A DNA stretch of 63,251 bases, counting the filler, from Thraustochytrium aureum (taxonomy: Eukaryota): assembly GCA_012862495.1 (NCBI GenBank). It is 5 parts of 4 records of this genome, joined end to end, with 100 filler letters (N's around TTAATTAATTAA, not from the genome) between each part and the next. Parts side by side here need not be neighbours in the genome. Positions count along the whole stretch, not along the records: positions 21,501 to 37,116 come from BLSG01000080.1; 4 more parts are not named here. One strand, written 5' to 3'. This document shows, in pieces, positions 23,939 to 33,735 of the stretch (position 1 is the first letter of the stretch; every line of letters begins with the position of its first letter). The position numbers and the translations under genes were made by a program. The notes under the pieces are model-generated. The model had not been told where the DNA came from, did no database searches, and worked only from the letters and a program-made list of their open reading frames with translations.

Positions 23939-24755
23939 ATGGCCAAAAAGCCAAAGTTCGAGCCCTCCGCGGAGCTCGAGCGCATGCTGCTCGAGCTTGC
24001 CGGCGTGCAAGTGCCGAAAGTGGGGGCCAAGACGGGCGGAGAGGAGGCGAGATCAGCTAGTGACCCTGGCGACCTCTGCAAACAGGCTGCGCAGCTCAAG
24101 CGAGCCGCCGACAAGTCCGACGGACCGGTCAGGTTTCTGATCTACTTGAGGTCCGGGCTACGGTACTTGGAGTTTGCGGGCTGCTCGAACGACAAGTTGG
24201 AGACGAAAATCGCACTCCTCTGTGAAACAGCCAAGATGTTCGAGTATGCGGCCATGAAGTCGGCCTCCACCATGCGACCGGCCATTGAGAGCCGCAACAT
24301 CGAGCGGTTGAAAGACTACGCGCACCTGAGCTACCTCAGCTTTCGACTCGCCGCCGTGGCGCGCATGCAGCGGTTCTTCCTCAAAAACGGACAAGCTCAA
24401 GCGGTTTTGGGACACGTGCCGCGCGTTCAACAAGAAAAAGCGCTCCGCGGAGCGCGTGCGCCAGGCGAATGCCGCCTCAGGACTCGGGAACAGCGCTGGG
24501 CTCATGATCCGCGAGGACGAGCTGCGCCAAGACGAGCTGCACCGCGACTATGTTATTGAGGAGGGCGACGACGCTCTACTTGCAATGGAGAGCTGGAAGG
24601 AGGCGGACAAGCTGTGGGAGACTGTGCGCGGGATCATGGGCCCGCAACACAGCTCCCGGCTCGACTCTGTTCCAATTATACAGTTCTCAACCAACCTCAA
24701 GGACCTCGCCCCTCTCGCCACGCACGTGCGCAAGGCGCTTGATGGAATGTACTGA
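23939..24755 (+). CDS. ~270-aa helical protein resembling the AF4/FMR2 (AFF) C-terminal homology domain; frameshift at the A5 run 24383-24387
   Basis: Removing one A joins ORF 23939.. to ORF 24456..24755 (..RFFLKTDKLKRFW..). The pattern KQAAQLKRAAD / YL..GL.YLE / ETAKMFEY / L.FR..A...RFFLK / AMESWKEADKL / L..LA.HVRKAL matches the recalled AFF CHD helices. Confidence 0.6.
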
Positions 24756-26249
24756 AGCAGGCACTGCGGCAGCCGTGCTTTTGCGGCTTGGCTTGGTGGG
24801 GCTTTGAATCAACCGCGTTGACGTGAACTGACTGCCCGCCTCGCGGCGGGACGGACTCCGTGTTTCTTGGGGCTGGGCCTGTTCCCTTCGTTTTCTCTCC
24901 TTTGTTTGCAGCCCCGAAGGCTCCGGCCGCGTTTGATGGGAGAAAAGAATCACAAACCCACATGCTATATCCGATTGCTTTGACTCTTTTTAGCTCGGGA
25001 GAGCCTGTATGTTTTGCACGCGTTGTGTCGAGCTCGCGCTCGCCACGGCACACTTCCGCAGTCATGCCTTGGCGAGAGCCTCGAGTTCGCACACCACGCG
25101 CTTTTCTGCAGCCCGAATGAGTCCGAGCTGAGCGCCGGGGAGANNNNNNNNNNNNNNNNNNNNNNNNNNNNNNNNNNNNNNNNNNNNNNNNNNNNNNNNN
25201 NNNNNNNNNNNNNNNNNNNNNNNNNNNNNNNNNNNNNNNNNNNNNNNNNNNNNNNNNNNNNNNNNNNNNNNNNNNNNNNNNNNNNNNNNNNNNNNNNNNN
25301 NNNNNNNNNNNNNNNNNNNNNNNNNNNNNNNNNNNNNNNNNNNNNNNNNNNNNNNNNNNNNNNNNNNNNNNNNNNNNNNNNNNNNNNNNNNNNNNNNNNN
25401 NNNNNNNNNNNNNNNNNNNNNNNNNNNNNNNNNNNNNNNNNNNNNNNNNNNNNNNNNNNNNNNNNNNNNNNNNNNNNNNNNNNNNNNNNNNNNNNNNNNN
25501 NNNNNNNNNNNNNNNNNNNNNNNNNNNNNNNNNNNNNNNNNNNNNNNNNNNNNNNNNNNNNNNNNNNNNNNNNNNNNNNNNNNNNNNNNNNNNNNNNNNN
25601 NNNNNNNNNNNNNNNNNNNNNNNNNNNNNNNNNNNNNNNNNNNNNNNNNNNNNNNNNNNNNNNNNNNNNNNNNNNNNNNNNNNNNNNNNNNNNNNNNNNN
25701 NNNNNNNNNNNNNNNNNNNNNNNNNNNNNNNNNNNNNNNNNNNNNNNNNNNNNNNNNNNNNNNNNNNNNNNNNNNNNNNNNNNNNNNNNNNNNNNNNNNN
25801 NNNNNNNNNNNNNNNNNNNNNNNNNNNNNNNNNTTGCCTGCCTGCCTGCCTGCCTTCTGCGCGCGGCTTGTCCAGTCGTGGCACGGCGTGCTCGTGGCTC
25901 GGGTTGCTGTTGGGCGACTGTTGCCATCCGCATTCGCATCGAGGGCTGTCGCGTACGGCACACAACAAAGATGAGAGGCGCGAGCATTTCTCGCCAGATT
26001 TTTGTGCCCCGACCGCGAGCGCCTGTGAGCGCCGCCGCGCAGAACGACACTGATCGCTTTGCCGTGGTGCGCTTCAAGACACCGCGGATCGTCTCATATC
26101 CCGGCCAGAGGAAAGACCGAATTGCATGAGAAGAGCGACTTGCGATCGACTCTTTCCTCGCCGCTTCGCACTTTTGGCTGGCTGGCGAGCAAGAGCAGTG
26201 GGAAGGAAAAGTATCGCCGGGCCGCGTGCGAGCGCTTTGTCGTGATCGC

Positions 26250-26357
26250 CAGCTTTCGCCAGCTTTCGTCAGCTTTTTTCCTCAACTTTTTTGTAGAGCT
26301 AGAGAACGTATCTCGACTTCTTGTCGACTTTTGTCAGCTTTCGTCAGCTTTCGTCAG
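26250..26357. repeat. Imperfect 10-bp tandem repeat (CAGCTTTCGT)
   Basis: Two blocks of about three copies each are directly visible. Confidence 0.8.
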
Positions 26358-26943
26358 GAAGGCAAGTCCCACCGCTCTGATGGCTCCGTGAGGCTGGCTG
26401 GCTGGCTGGCTGGCTGGGAGCGACGTGAGACGAGCGTCGAGAGCGTCTACCAGCCGCCCTGGCGTCAGCAAACCCGGCGCCTGCGAGGCGGTCGTCAGCC
26501 AGGTCGGCGGCGTCGTCGTCGAGCGCCGAGGGGCCTGCGCCGCTAGGGCGCCGCTCCAGGTCGACCGCGCGAGCTGCGTCACGGAGCTGCCTTTTGACTG
26601 CAGGCAATGATTCGTTTTGCCTTGATTTTTCGTGTTTTCCGTGGCAACTTTTTTTTCTTTTTTTTCTTTTTTCTTTTTCTTCTTTACTCTACCCTATGAT
26701 TCGGACGTTTCATGCTTGGTCCCAGTTTGCACGAAACGAATCTTCGACATCCGACCAGCGCGGTTCTCGCATCGCGGTGGTCGTGACGTGGCAGCCTCGC
26801 GTTGATTGTCGACGGGCGCTCGCCGTGCATGGGCCGCGCGTGCTCGTGCGCTTTGGCGCACGAAGCGGCTGCACGAGACGCACCTTTCGCAGCGACTAGG
26901 CCGCGCTGGGCCTGCCCTGGCGACGCCCCCACCTGCGAGTTGG

Positions 26944-29139
26944 CTACTGGCGACGTCGGAGGGCGCGCTGCTTTGTGCGCATGAGCTCCACGAAGCCGCC
27001 CTGCGCGTCGTCGAGCTCGTCCAGGACTGCGACACAAGACAGCGTGTTGCTGTCTTCAAGCCAGCTGGTCCGCGTGAGGCGACGACGGCCCATTGTATGG
27101 ACCAAGCAAATCGCCGAGCCCTTGGCAAAGGCGCGCTGCGTCCACGAGCCGGAGAGCGCCGTGAGGATCGGCAAGTGCATCCCGAACGGCCGCTCGACAT
27201 TGTCGAGCTCGACGGCAACAACGCCGTTTGAGAGCAGTTTGCGACGCAAGCGCGTCAAGAGCACGCGCCCGCGCTGCTCGATCTCAAACTCACCCTCCAT
27301 AAACTCGAGCATCTTGCCCAGCACCCAAGGCACGCCGCAGAGCGCGCGCATCTCGAGCATCGCTTCAGCCCCGTCCAAGGTCTGCGACCATCGGCCAGAG
27401 TGGTCCGGCAACGCGCTGCTGCATTCTTGTGGGCGCATTCCAAACGGCAACCACGACGTCGCGTCAGATCTGGCACTCGGCGACGATCGCAGGCCCAGGA
27501 ACGCCGCCGATGAGGCCGCAGCAAGGTCCCAGGCAGTGCGCTTTGAACGCATTAGGCTCGAGAACGCGCCACAAACATCTTCGAAACAAAGCCTTGAACG
27601 CCACGACGCGCCGCCGCTCTGGGAGCGCTCGGCAACTGCCTTTGTGGGAGTCGGAGGTAGACCGCTCCCCAGAGCAGCGCATAGGTCGGGCACGTCAAAG
27701 CAGCCCCGATCGCTGATGGCGGCGTCGGTGGTGTCCGAGACAGGCGTCGGGCAGGTGTCGAAAACCGAGTCGAATTGGTCGAGCGTTAGCCCGTGCCTGT
27801 CCAAAAAGCCTTGCACGTTTCGCTCCAGCACGGCCACAAAGGTGCGGTACTCCTTCGACTTGCTCATGCGCGGCGAACTGCTCAGCTCTAGTGCCTGAAT
27901 GGACCGCGTAAACCCAGTTTCTCGCAGGAGGTACCCAGCCAGGTCCCGAACGATGTGATCCTTATTGAGCGCCTCCGGGCAAGCTCCGATGGCCCATGCC
28001 CCAGCAGCGTCGCGGCGAAAGGTCTCCGGCCACGAATGCGCATTGTGCGAGGCCTGGTCGGGCTCAGTGTCCAGCAAGCCCTCCAAGCCCAGATCCGCAA
28101 CAGAGTCCAGCATCAAGCCGGGATCGTCGGCGCCGTTAGAGGCAAACAGGTCGATGCACTCCGCGAGCGAGCTCGCGAAAAGGTCGACGTCGTCGGCTCC
28201 GCTCCTCGCAAGGCCACTCTCGCGACCGCCTGTGTACTCTTCCAACTCAAGGCCCGCCCCAGTGTCTCGCTCATGTGCCCGCCCGGGGAGGCTCAGCTCA
28301 AAGCTTTCGTCGGGGCCCAACTTGGCAAGCATGGCTGCCACGGCGCGCAGCATCGAGTTGAGGCGGCGGGCGTCGATTCGGGGCCGCGCAAAGCACTTGC
28401 GTTTCTTGTTCGCAAGGGCTTCCCGCTCCGCCGGTCGCTTGCTTGCGCTCGGCCTGGCTTGGTTTGGCGGGCAGATCGGCGCGGTGGGCTCGACCTTGAA
28501 CCGGCGGCGGCGACGGCAAAACAGCATGAACGCAGGAGATCGTTCCACTGCCCGACACACCAGCCTGTCGCGCGGGTTTCCCTCCCCGGTTTCGTGCGGG
28601 CTCTCGAAAATGTACACCTGGAGGCAATGAAACGAGTTGCACGTGTGCTTGTTTGAAGTCCAGCCGTAGTGCCATCCCTTGTGGTCCCGATTCAGCTCGA
28701 AGGTGAGCGCCTTGACAGTTTGCGCGGACTCCGAACGCTCGCAGGGCGGTTGCGCAGCCGAGACACGGTCGCCGCGAACAAAGGGTTTGGTCGGCTCCTG
28801 CTTGCTGCGGTCAAGCTTGCAAACTTGCGAGAAGCTCACGACGTCGCCAACGCTGAGCCCGGGGGCCGACTTGACAGGGACAAACTCGGCGCGGCACACG
28901 ATGCGGCTTGGGTTTACTTCGTCCGCGAGCTCGACGCTCACCAAGACCGGCCGTCCGCAATAGCCTCGCTCTCGATGCTTCTCCGCGCAAGCTGGAAAGC
29001 AGCGCAGGTTCTTCAGCCCGCCGAGCTTGTTGTTCCGCTGGTACCTGTCATTGAAGAGCGCTGTTTGGAGCTTGACGCGGACCACAGCGGCGCCCGGCTC
29101 AGTGGCGCCGGTTGCGAGCTTAGTAAGCTGGCTCGCCAT
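26944..29139 (-). CDS. 731-aa hypothetical protein: N-terminal Cys/His + beta-rich putative DNA-binding domain, acidic middle, C-terminal FABP/calycin-like domain
   Basis: Uninterrupted ORF from MASQ (ATG 29139). It contains YQRNNKLGGLKNLRCFPACAEKHRERGYCG, WHYGWTSNKH, SPAFMLFCRRRRR and KKRK, and ends with PDHSGRW..LCGVPWVLGKM..FEIEQRG..TRTSWLEDSNTL. The CDS is well supported; the domain calls are inference. Confidence 0.75.
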   Translation of the reverse strand: MASQLTKLATGATEPGAAVVRVKLQTALFNDRYQRNNKLGGLKNLRCFPACAEKHRERGYCGRPVLVSVELADEVNPSRIVCRAEFVPVKSAPGLSVGDVVSFSQVCKLDRSKQEPTKPFVRGDRVSAAQPPCERSESAQTVKALTFELNRDHKGWHYGWTSNKHTCNSFHCLQVYIFESPHETGEGNPRDRLVCRAVERSPAFMLFCRRRRRFKVEPTAPICPPNQARPSASKRPAEREALANKKRKCFARPRIDARRLNSMLRAVAAMLAKLGPDESFELSLPGRAHERDTGAGLELEEYTGGRESGLARSGADDVDLFASSLAECIDLFASNGADDPGLMLDSVADLGLEGLLDTEPDQASHNAHSWPETFRRDAAGAWAIGACPEALNKDHIVRDLAGYLLRETGFTRSIQALELSSSPRMSKSKEYRTFVAVLERNVQGFLDRHGLTLDQFDSVFDTCPTPVSDTTDAAISDRGCFDVPDLCAALGSGLPPTPTKAVAERSQSGGASWRSRLCFEDVCGAFSSLMRSKRTAWDLAAASSAAFLGLRSSPSARSDATSWLPFGMRPQECSSALPDHSGRWSQTLDGAEAMLEMRALCGVPWVLGKMLEFMEGEFEIEQRGRVLLTRLRRKLLSNGVVAVELDNVERPFGMHLPILTALSGSWTQRAFAKGSAICLVHTMGRRRLTRTSWLEDSNTLSCVAVLDELDDAQGGFVELMRTKQRALRRRQ

Positions 29140-29809
29140 CCGCCCGCCGCGTGCGGCACGCTGCGCACGTGGCCAGGTCGTCTGTCGCCAGCCGGCGGCC
29201 CGGCGGCGTGGGATCGCCGAGGCCGGATCGACCAAGTGCTGCTCGCGGACGCACCGAGCCACGCCGGTCTGGCCCGCTGGTAGCGCTCCTGCGCGCGTCG
29301 AGAGCAGCCCTCGCGTCCGGTCTGCCTCACGAGCGCGGATGGACCCCCGCGCTGTCAACCGGGTGCGTCAGGAGCGTAATTGGGCGTGGTGTTGCACGTG
29401 GTGGGCCAGAACAGAACAAAAATTCAGAAAGGGCGCCACCGTGACGAAAAGAAAGCGCGACGACTCGGGAGATCGACGACCAGAGCAATCAATCACAACG
29501 GATCGCCGCGCTCGACGCGGCGGGCGAAAACCGCCGGCGAGAGCGTCGCAAGCATGCTCGCCAGGAGCGCAGGCTTGATGTCTCGCTCTGGTATTTCCAT
29601 GCATGGCGGGAGAGCGGATGGGCGGCGGACTCTGGGGGACACACGGCGAGTGGGGCTTGCGGAAGGCGGTTGCGGGCCGCGCCTTTTAATTAAAAGAATG
29701 ATGAGCATCGCAATGCGTCGAGAATCGAGAACGCAACGTGAGCGAGCGCCGCCGGCAGGCGAGGTTTTTGAACGAGTGAACGGTGCCTTCTACATACATC
29801 CGCGATGAA

Positions 29810-31630
29810 CTACAAGTCGGTCACGTTGTGCGTCAAAAGCCACGAGGAACAGTACGACTCGCGCATCCCGGCGTCCCGCAGCTTGGTGCAGCTGCACAGA
29901 GGCCGATTCGCGCAGCCAGACAGGTCGTCCACGCCATCCCCTATACTAGCCACGATCATGCAAGCAAACCATGTGCACCACGAGGCGAGCATCAGCGCCT
30001 TGAAGATCGACCTCGGCCAAGGGATCTGAAGCTTCAAGCCCAAAATGCGCCGCTCGCAGATCAAGCACGCGCAGTCGACGATAAACTCTGCGACGAACTG
30101 AATCGCTGTGCTAATCATCACGAGCCCTGGATCAGGTACCCGCGGGCCGGCGTCGTCCACGAACAACCGGAGCGGGAGCAGGAACCGCGCGTTGCTGTAA
30201 AGCATAATGATGGCCGGCGCCATGAAGATGCCGATGTACTCGCTGAGGCTCTCCCCGCAGTACATAAATGCCCAAAACTCGCGCTCCTCGTAGCAGGGCT
30301 TGAGCTTCACGAGCCGGCTGGCGGCCTGAGCGATTTCAGAGACTCTACTCCCTCGTGAGGTGGGGCTACTGGGTCCTGCGCCGCGCTCCGTGCCTGCCAC
30401 GGCAGAAGGACGAGTTGGGGAGACCGGCAAACGCAACGGGGGCCCATCCACCGTTGGTTGCTTTGGCATTCGCTCCGCTGGTGCTTGCTCTGCGTTGTGG
30501 CCCTGCTGCTGCCGACGCGGCTCGTCCCCGCCAGCGTCAGTAGGAGCGGCGTTGTCACCTATCGTCGGCTGTTGGCTCGCAAGATCGGATGGGGCGGCTC
30601 CTGGCGCTGAAGGGGACACTGATGCGTCGCGAGCGAGCCCCATCCACGAGAGGCGGCGACTGCGCTCCTCCGGCGCAGGCTTGCAAACAAGCCAGAACTG
30701 GAGGTTGTGGAAGATTTCGGAGCGGATCGGTTGCGAGAGTCGCGTGGCAATCTCGATCACACTTTGGAGCCCCACCACCGCGCTGATCGACACGGACGTG
30801 TCGAAGCGCGTAAGGAGCAGGCGCAGGAGGAGGCTGCTCGTCACCTGCGCCCAAAACATGAACGCGACTGCCACACTTCGACGCAAGTCGCTGTTCAAGG
30901 GGCCGGCCACCACGCGCTTCGCGAGAAAAAGTTTTTGGGCTGCAGACCGACACACCGTGTACATGACCTCCCGGTAGACGGAAAAGCACGTTACCAGCAG
31001 TACAAACCCGCTGTCCGAGAAATCGATCGTCGTCATGACCACAAGGAACGCGAGGCCCAGGATGATTCCGAAGATCTGCAGCATCATCTGGACGACGACA
31101 ATGTTGCGATCAGGCAACTCGAGCTTCAACGCCAGCGTAAATGCAATCGACGGAAAGAGCCCGGCGATCACGTGAAGGCTGCTGTTGACGGCGAGCAGCC
31201 TCAATCCATATGCGCAACCGGTTATCGCTGAGATCTTGATTACCATTTTGAGCGGTGCTGCCAGGTAAGCAAACGTGCAAACCGGAAGAAACATGACGAG
31301 CGGCACATCCCAATGCACAGATCGCAACAGGGACTCTGGCGTGGGGTACACATTCACATACGCGGTGGCGTTCCCCGCCTCGAGCGGATCACGAGGCGAA
31401 ATGCGCGGCCATGGGCTGTATCTGTGCGGAATCCAAAACACCACAATGGCGGCGCATGATGGAATGAATGAAAGCGCAATCAGCCACAGCGTGTGCTTGA
31501 CCGCGCCAAGCGCATCGGCAAACACGGTGCGGGCAACCAGCGACGTGCCTTTGGCGATGTTTGTTGAAGTGGTCGCTATGGACTTGCGCCTTGCCGCAAG
31601 GTTCGCCCCCCCCTCGCCTGCGGCTCGCAT
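29810..31630 (-). CDS. Multi-pass membrane protein of unknown function
   Basis: Long ORF from MRAAG (31630) with many hydrophobic segments, a long Pro/Ser-rich loop and a Cys-rich C-terminus. Confidence 0.75.
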   Translation of the reverse strand: MRAAGEGGANLAARRKSIATTSTNIAKGTSLVARTVFADALGAVKHTLWLIALSFIPSCAAIVVFWIPHRYSPWPRISPRDPLEAGNATAYVNVYPTPESLLRSVHWDVPLVMFLPVCTFAYLAAPLKMVIKISAITGCAYGLRLLAVNSSLHVIAGLFPSIAFTLALKLELPDRNIVVVQMMLQIFGIILGLAFLVVMTTIDFSDSGFVLLVTCFSVYREVMYTVCRSAAQKLFLAKRVVAGPLNSDLRRSVAVAFMFWAQVTSSLLLRLLLTRFDTSVSISAVVGLQSVIEIATRLSQPIRSEIFHNLQFWLVCKPAPEERSRRLSWMGLARDASVSPSAPGAAPSDLASQQPTIGDNAAPTDAGGDEPRRQQQGHNAEQAPAERMPKQPTVDGPPLRLPVSPTRPSAVAGTERGAGPSSPTSRGSRVSEIAQAASRLVKLKPCYEEREFWAFMYCGESLSEYIGIFMAPAIIMLYSNARFLLPLRLFVDDAGPRVPDPGLVMISTAIQFVAEFIVDCACLICERRILGLKLQIPWPRSIFKALMLASWCTWFACMIVASIGDGVDDLSGCANRPLCSCTKLRDAGMRESYCSSWLLTHNVTDL

Positions 31631-32958
31631 TTTGACTGAACCCGGCCCGTCCTGCGCAGAGTTGAGACGTTCGCGCTGTGGGACGGAGCAACGCTTGCGA
31701 GCAACTTCTTTTCGAGCTTGCTGGTTGCGGCCAGGTCTTCCCCGCGTGAGCGAGCAGAGACGCTGCTCGCAGCTGACTCTCTGCGCTGGCCTCGGTTGGT
31801 TCGCGCCGGGCCTCGCACCGATCTGCTTTGTGGTTTCCGCTGTGTGGTTTTCGCAGTGAACACTCGGGAAACCCACAACGGACAAGTCAAGCAAGAGACG
31901 TTTTTGATTGATTGAGACGCATTTCGCGCCCGTCGCGAACGAGTACCAACCTCACCTGCGGCACAGAACGTGATGATGAGATTGGGGGTGGGGTGCTGGT
32001 AAGATTCGTTAGAGGTTGAGAGCGTTTCAAAATTCTATGCCTTGCTCTTCAGGGGCTTGGAGTTTACCGAGACAGCTGTGCTCGAACCGCCGCCCGACCT
32101 GGCCGTTTTCACTCACTCATCACTCGCTCACTGTGTTCTGGTTAGCGATAGCCCGCACATCCCGCGACCTGAAGGCAATACAAACAAAGCGCAACCAAGA
32201 ATCATGCATGTGCGTGAGGTGTATCAGTCTGGCACGCACTCGGTCGCCCGGACCCGGTTTCCTCACGCATACTCGCACTCTCGGCCTTGCGAAAGCCCGA
32301 GCGGCCTGGGGGAGGAGCGCTCGTGCCGATAAACAGGCCCAACCAGCAAGCAAAACCGCGTGTCGGCGCCGTCCTCGGTCTCGCGCTTGCGCGGGAGACG
32401 GCGAGGGCGAAGCGCGGCGACAGCTGCAATCAGGCGTCTGCAGGCGGTTTTGTGGTCGCCAGAATGACGGCCCACGCAAGCCGACACTAGATAGCCTCAC
32501 TGCGAGCGAAGTGCCGCCGCCGCGCCCCCGACCTCCACAGCATGTGCACCTCTTATTATCAGGCCCGCGTGTAGAATGCAAATAACGCGTGCCCTGCTTG
32601 CAAGAGTGATGCTCTCGTTCCCTCTTGGCCCGCATAAAGAGGCGCCGCTGGGTGACATGCCCAGCAGCGCCTGAGTTGGGAGCCGCCGCCGCCCCGCCGC
32701 TGGCCACCAGCCGCACCACTTCCTCCAGACAGGGACAACGCACCTTTTTTCAACATCTGCGGCCACACGGCGCAGCCATGCTGCTTCGGCGCAGGTCGCA
32801 CCAACGACCAAAACCTGCCTGCCGTCGCACGATGCAGGTCTGCGTCCAGGCCAAGCCCGGCGTCCATCCATCGTCACGCGATCGATCATCTCGCGCGAGT
32901 CCGCGAGAATGGATGGACGAGACCAGGGCGAACCCGTCGGCGTTCGCTCTGTTCGGCA

Positions 32959-33070
32959 TTGCATCGGATGCAGAGCAGTCTTGCATCGGACGCAGATCAA
33001 ACCGATGTCGGACGCAGATCAAACCGATGTCGGACGCAGATTAAACCTATGTCGGACGCAGATCGGACGC
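32959..33070. repeat. 22-bp minisatellite (TCGGACGCAGATCAAACCGATG), about 5 imperfect copies
   Basis: Head-to-tail copies with no unique spacers are directly visible. Confidence 0.9.
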
Positions 33071-33735
33071 GACTCTTTCCAGTGAAGCGGCTCTTCATGT
33101 GTGAAGAAGGAGCCTGAGGCCATTGCCTCTTGAAGCCCCAGGGCCGTGAGGCCGGCGCGTGAGCGGGCTACGATTGGAGAGCGCGCTGCATTCCGCGCCG
33201 TCCTCCGCACTGTGCCCCCGTCTCGCCAAAAGGAAAGGAAAGGAACGCCTGCACTGACTCGTGACTCGGGATAGCCGCACTCCGAGTTCTCACCGGCGGC
33301 CTGAATTGATTTTTTTCGGTTTTGGCCTTGTTTGCACGCGTCGTTTGAGTGCTGTCGCGGTTTTGTTTTTGGCTCTTGTCCAATTCTTTGTTCAATTCTA
33401 CTTGCAACTCTTCTGAGTTTTGGTTGCACAACTCAGTAGCGTTTTGAGGTGGGCGTGCTGTTTTGCGCACACCGATGGGCAAGCAAGCATGCACAACAGC
33501 GGGATGATCTCGCAGCGCGCAGTGAGGCGACGAACGCCAGGAGCCCAGGGCAGAACGCACTGGTGAAGGCGCGCCAGGCGCTCAGCCGCTGGCCCTGGCA
33601 GGAGCGCTGGCGCTCGAGCCTCGCCACGGGCAATAGATCCGTATCCCCCGCACTCGCTCGCCCCGCTGCCTGCCTGACGAACGGGGCGCGACTGGCCTGC
33701 TGACGCGTGGCGCGGGCCACGCGACGCCACGCGCG

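Noticed and set aside
32959..33070. 22-bp repeat as a CRISPR array
   Set aside because: The copies are head-to-tail without unique spacers, there are no cas genes, and the context is eukaryotic.
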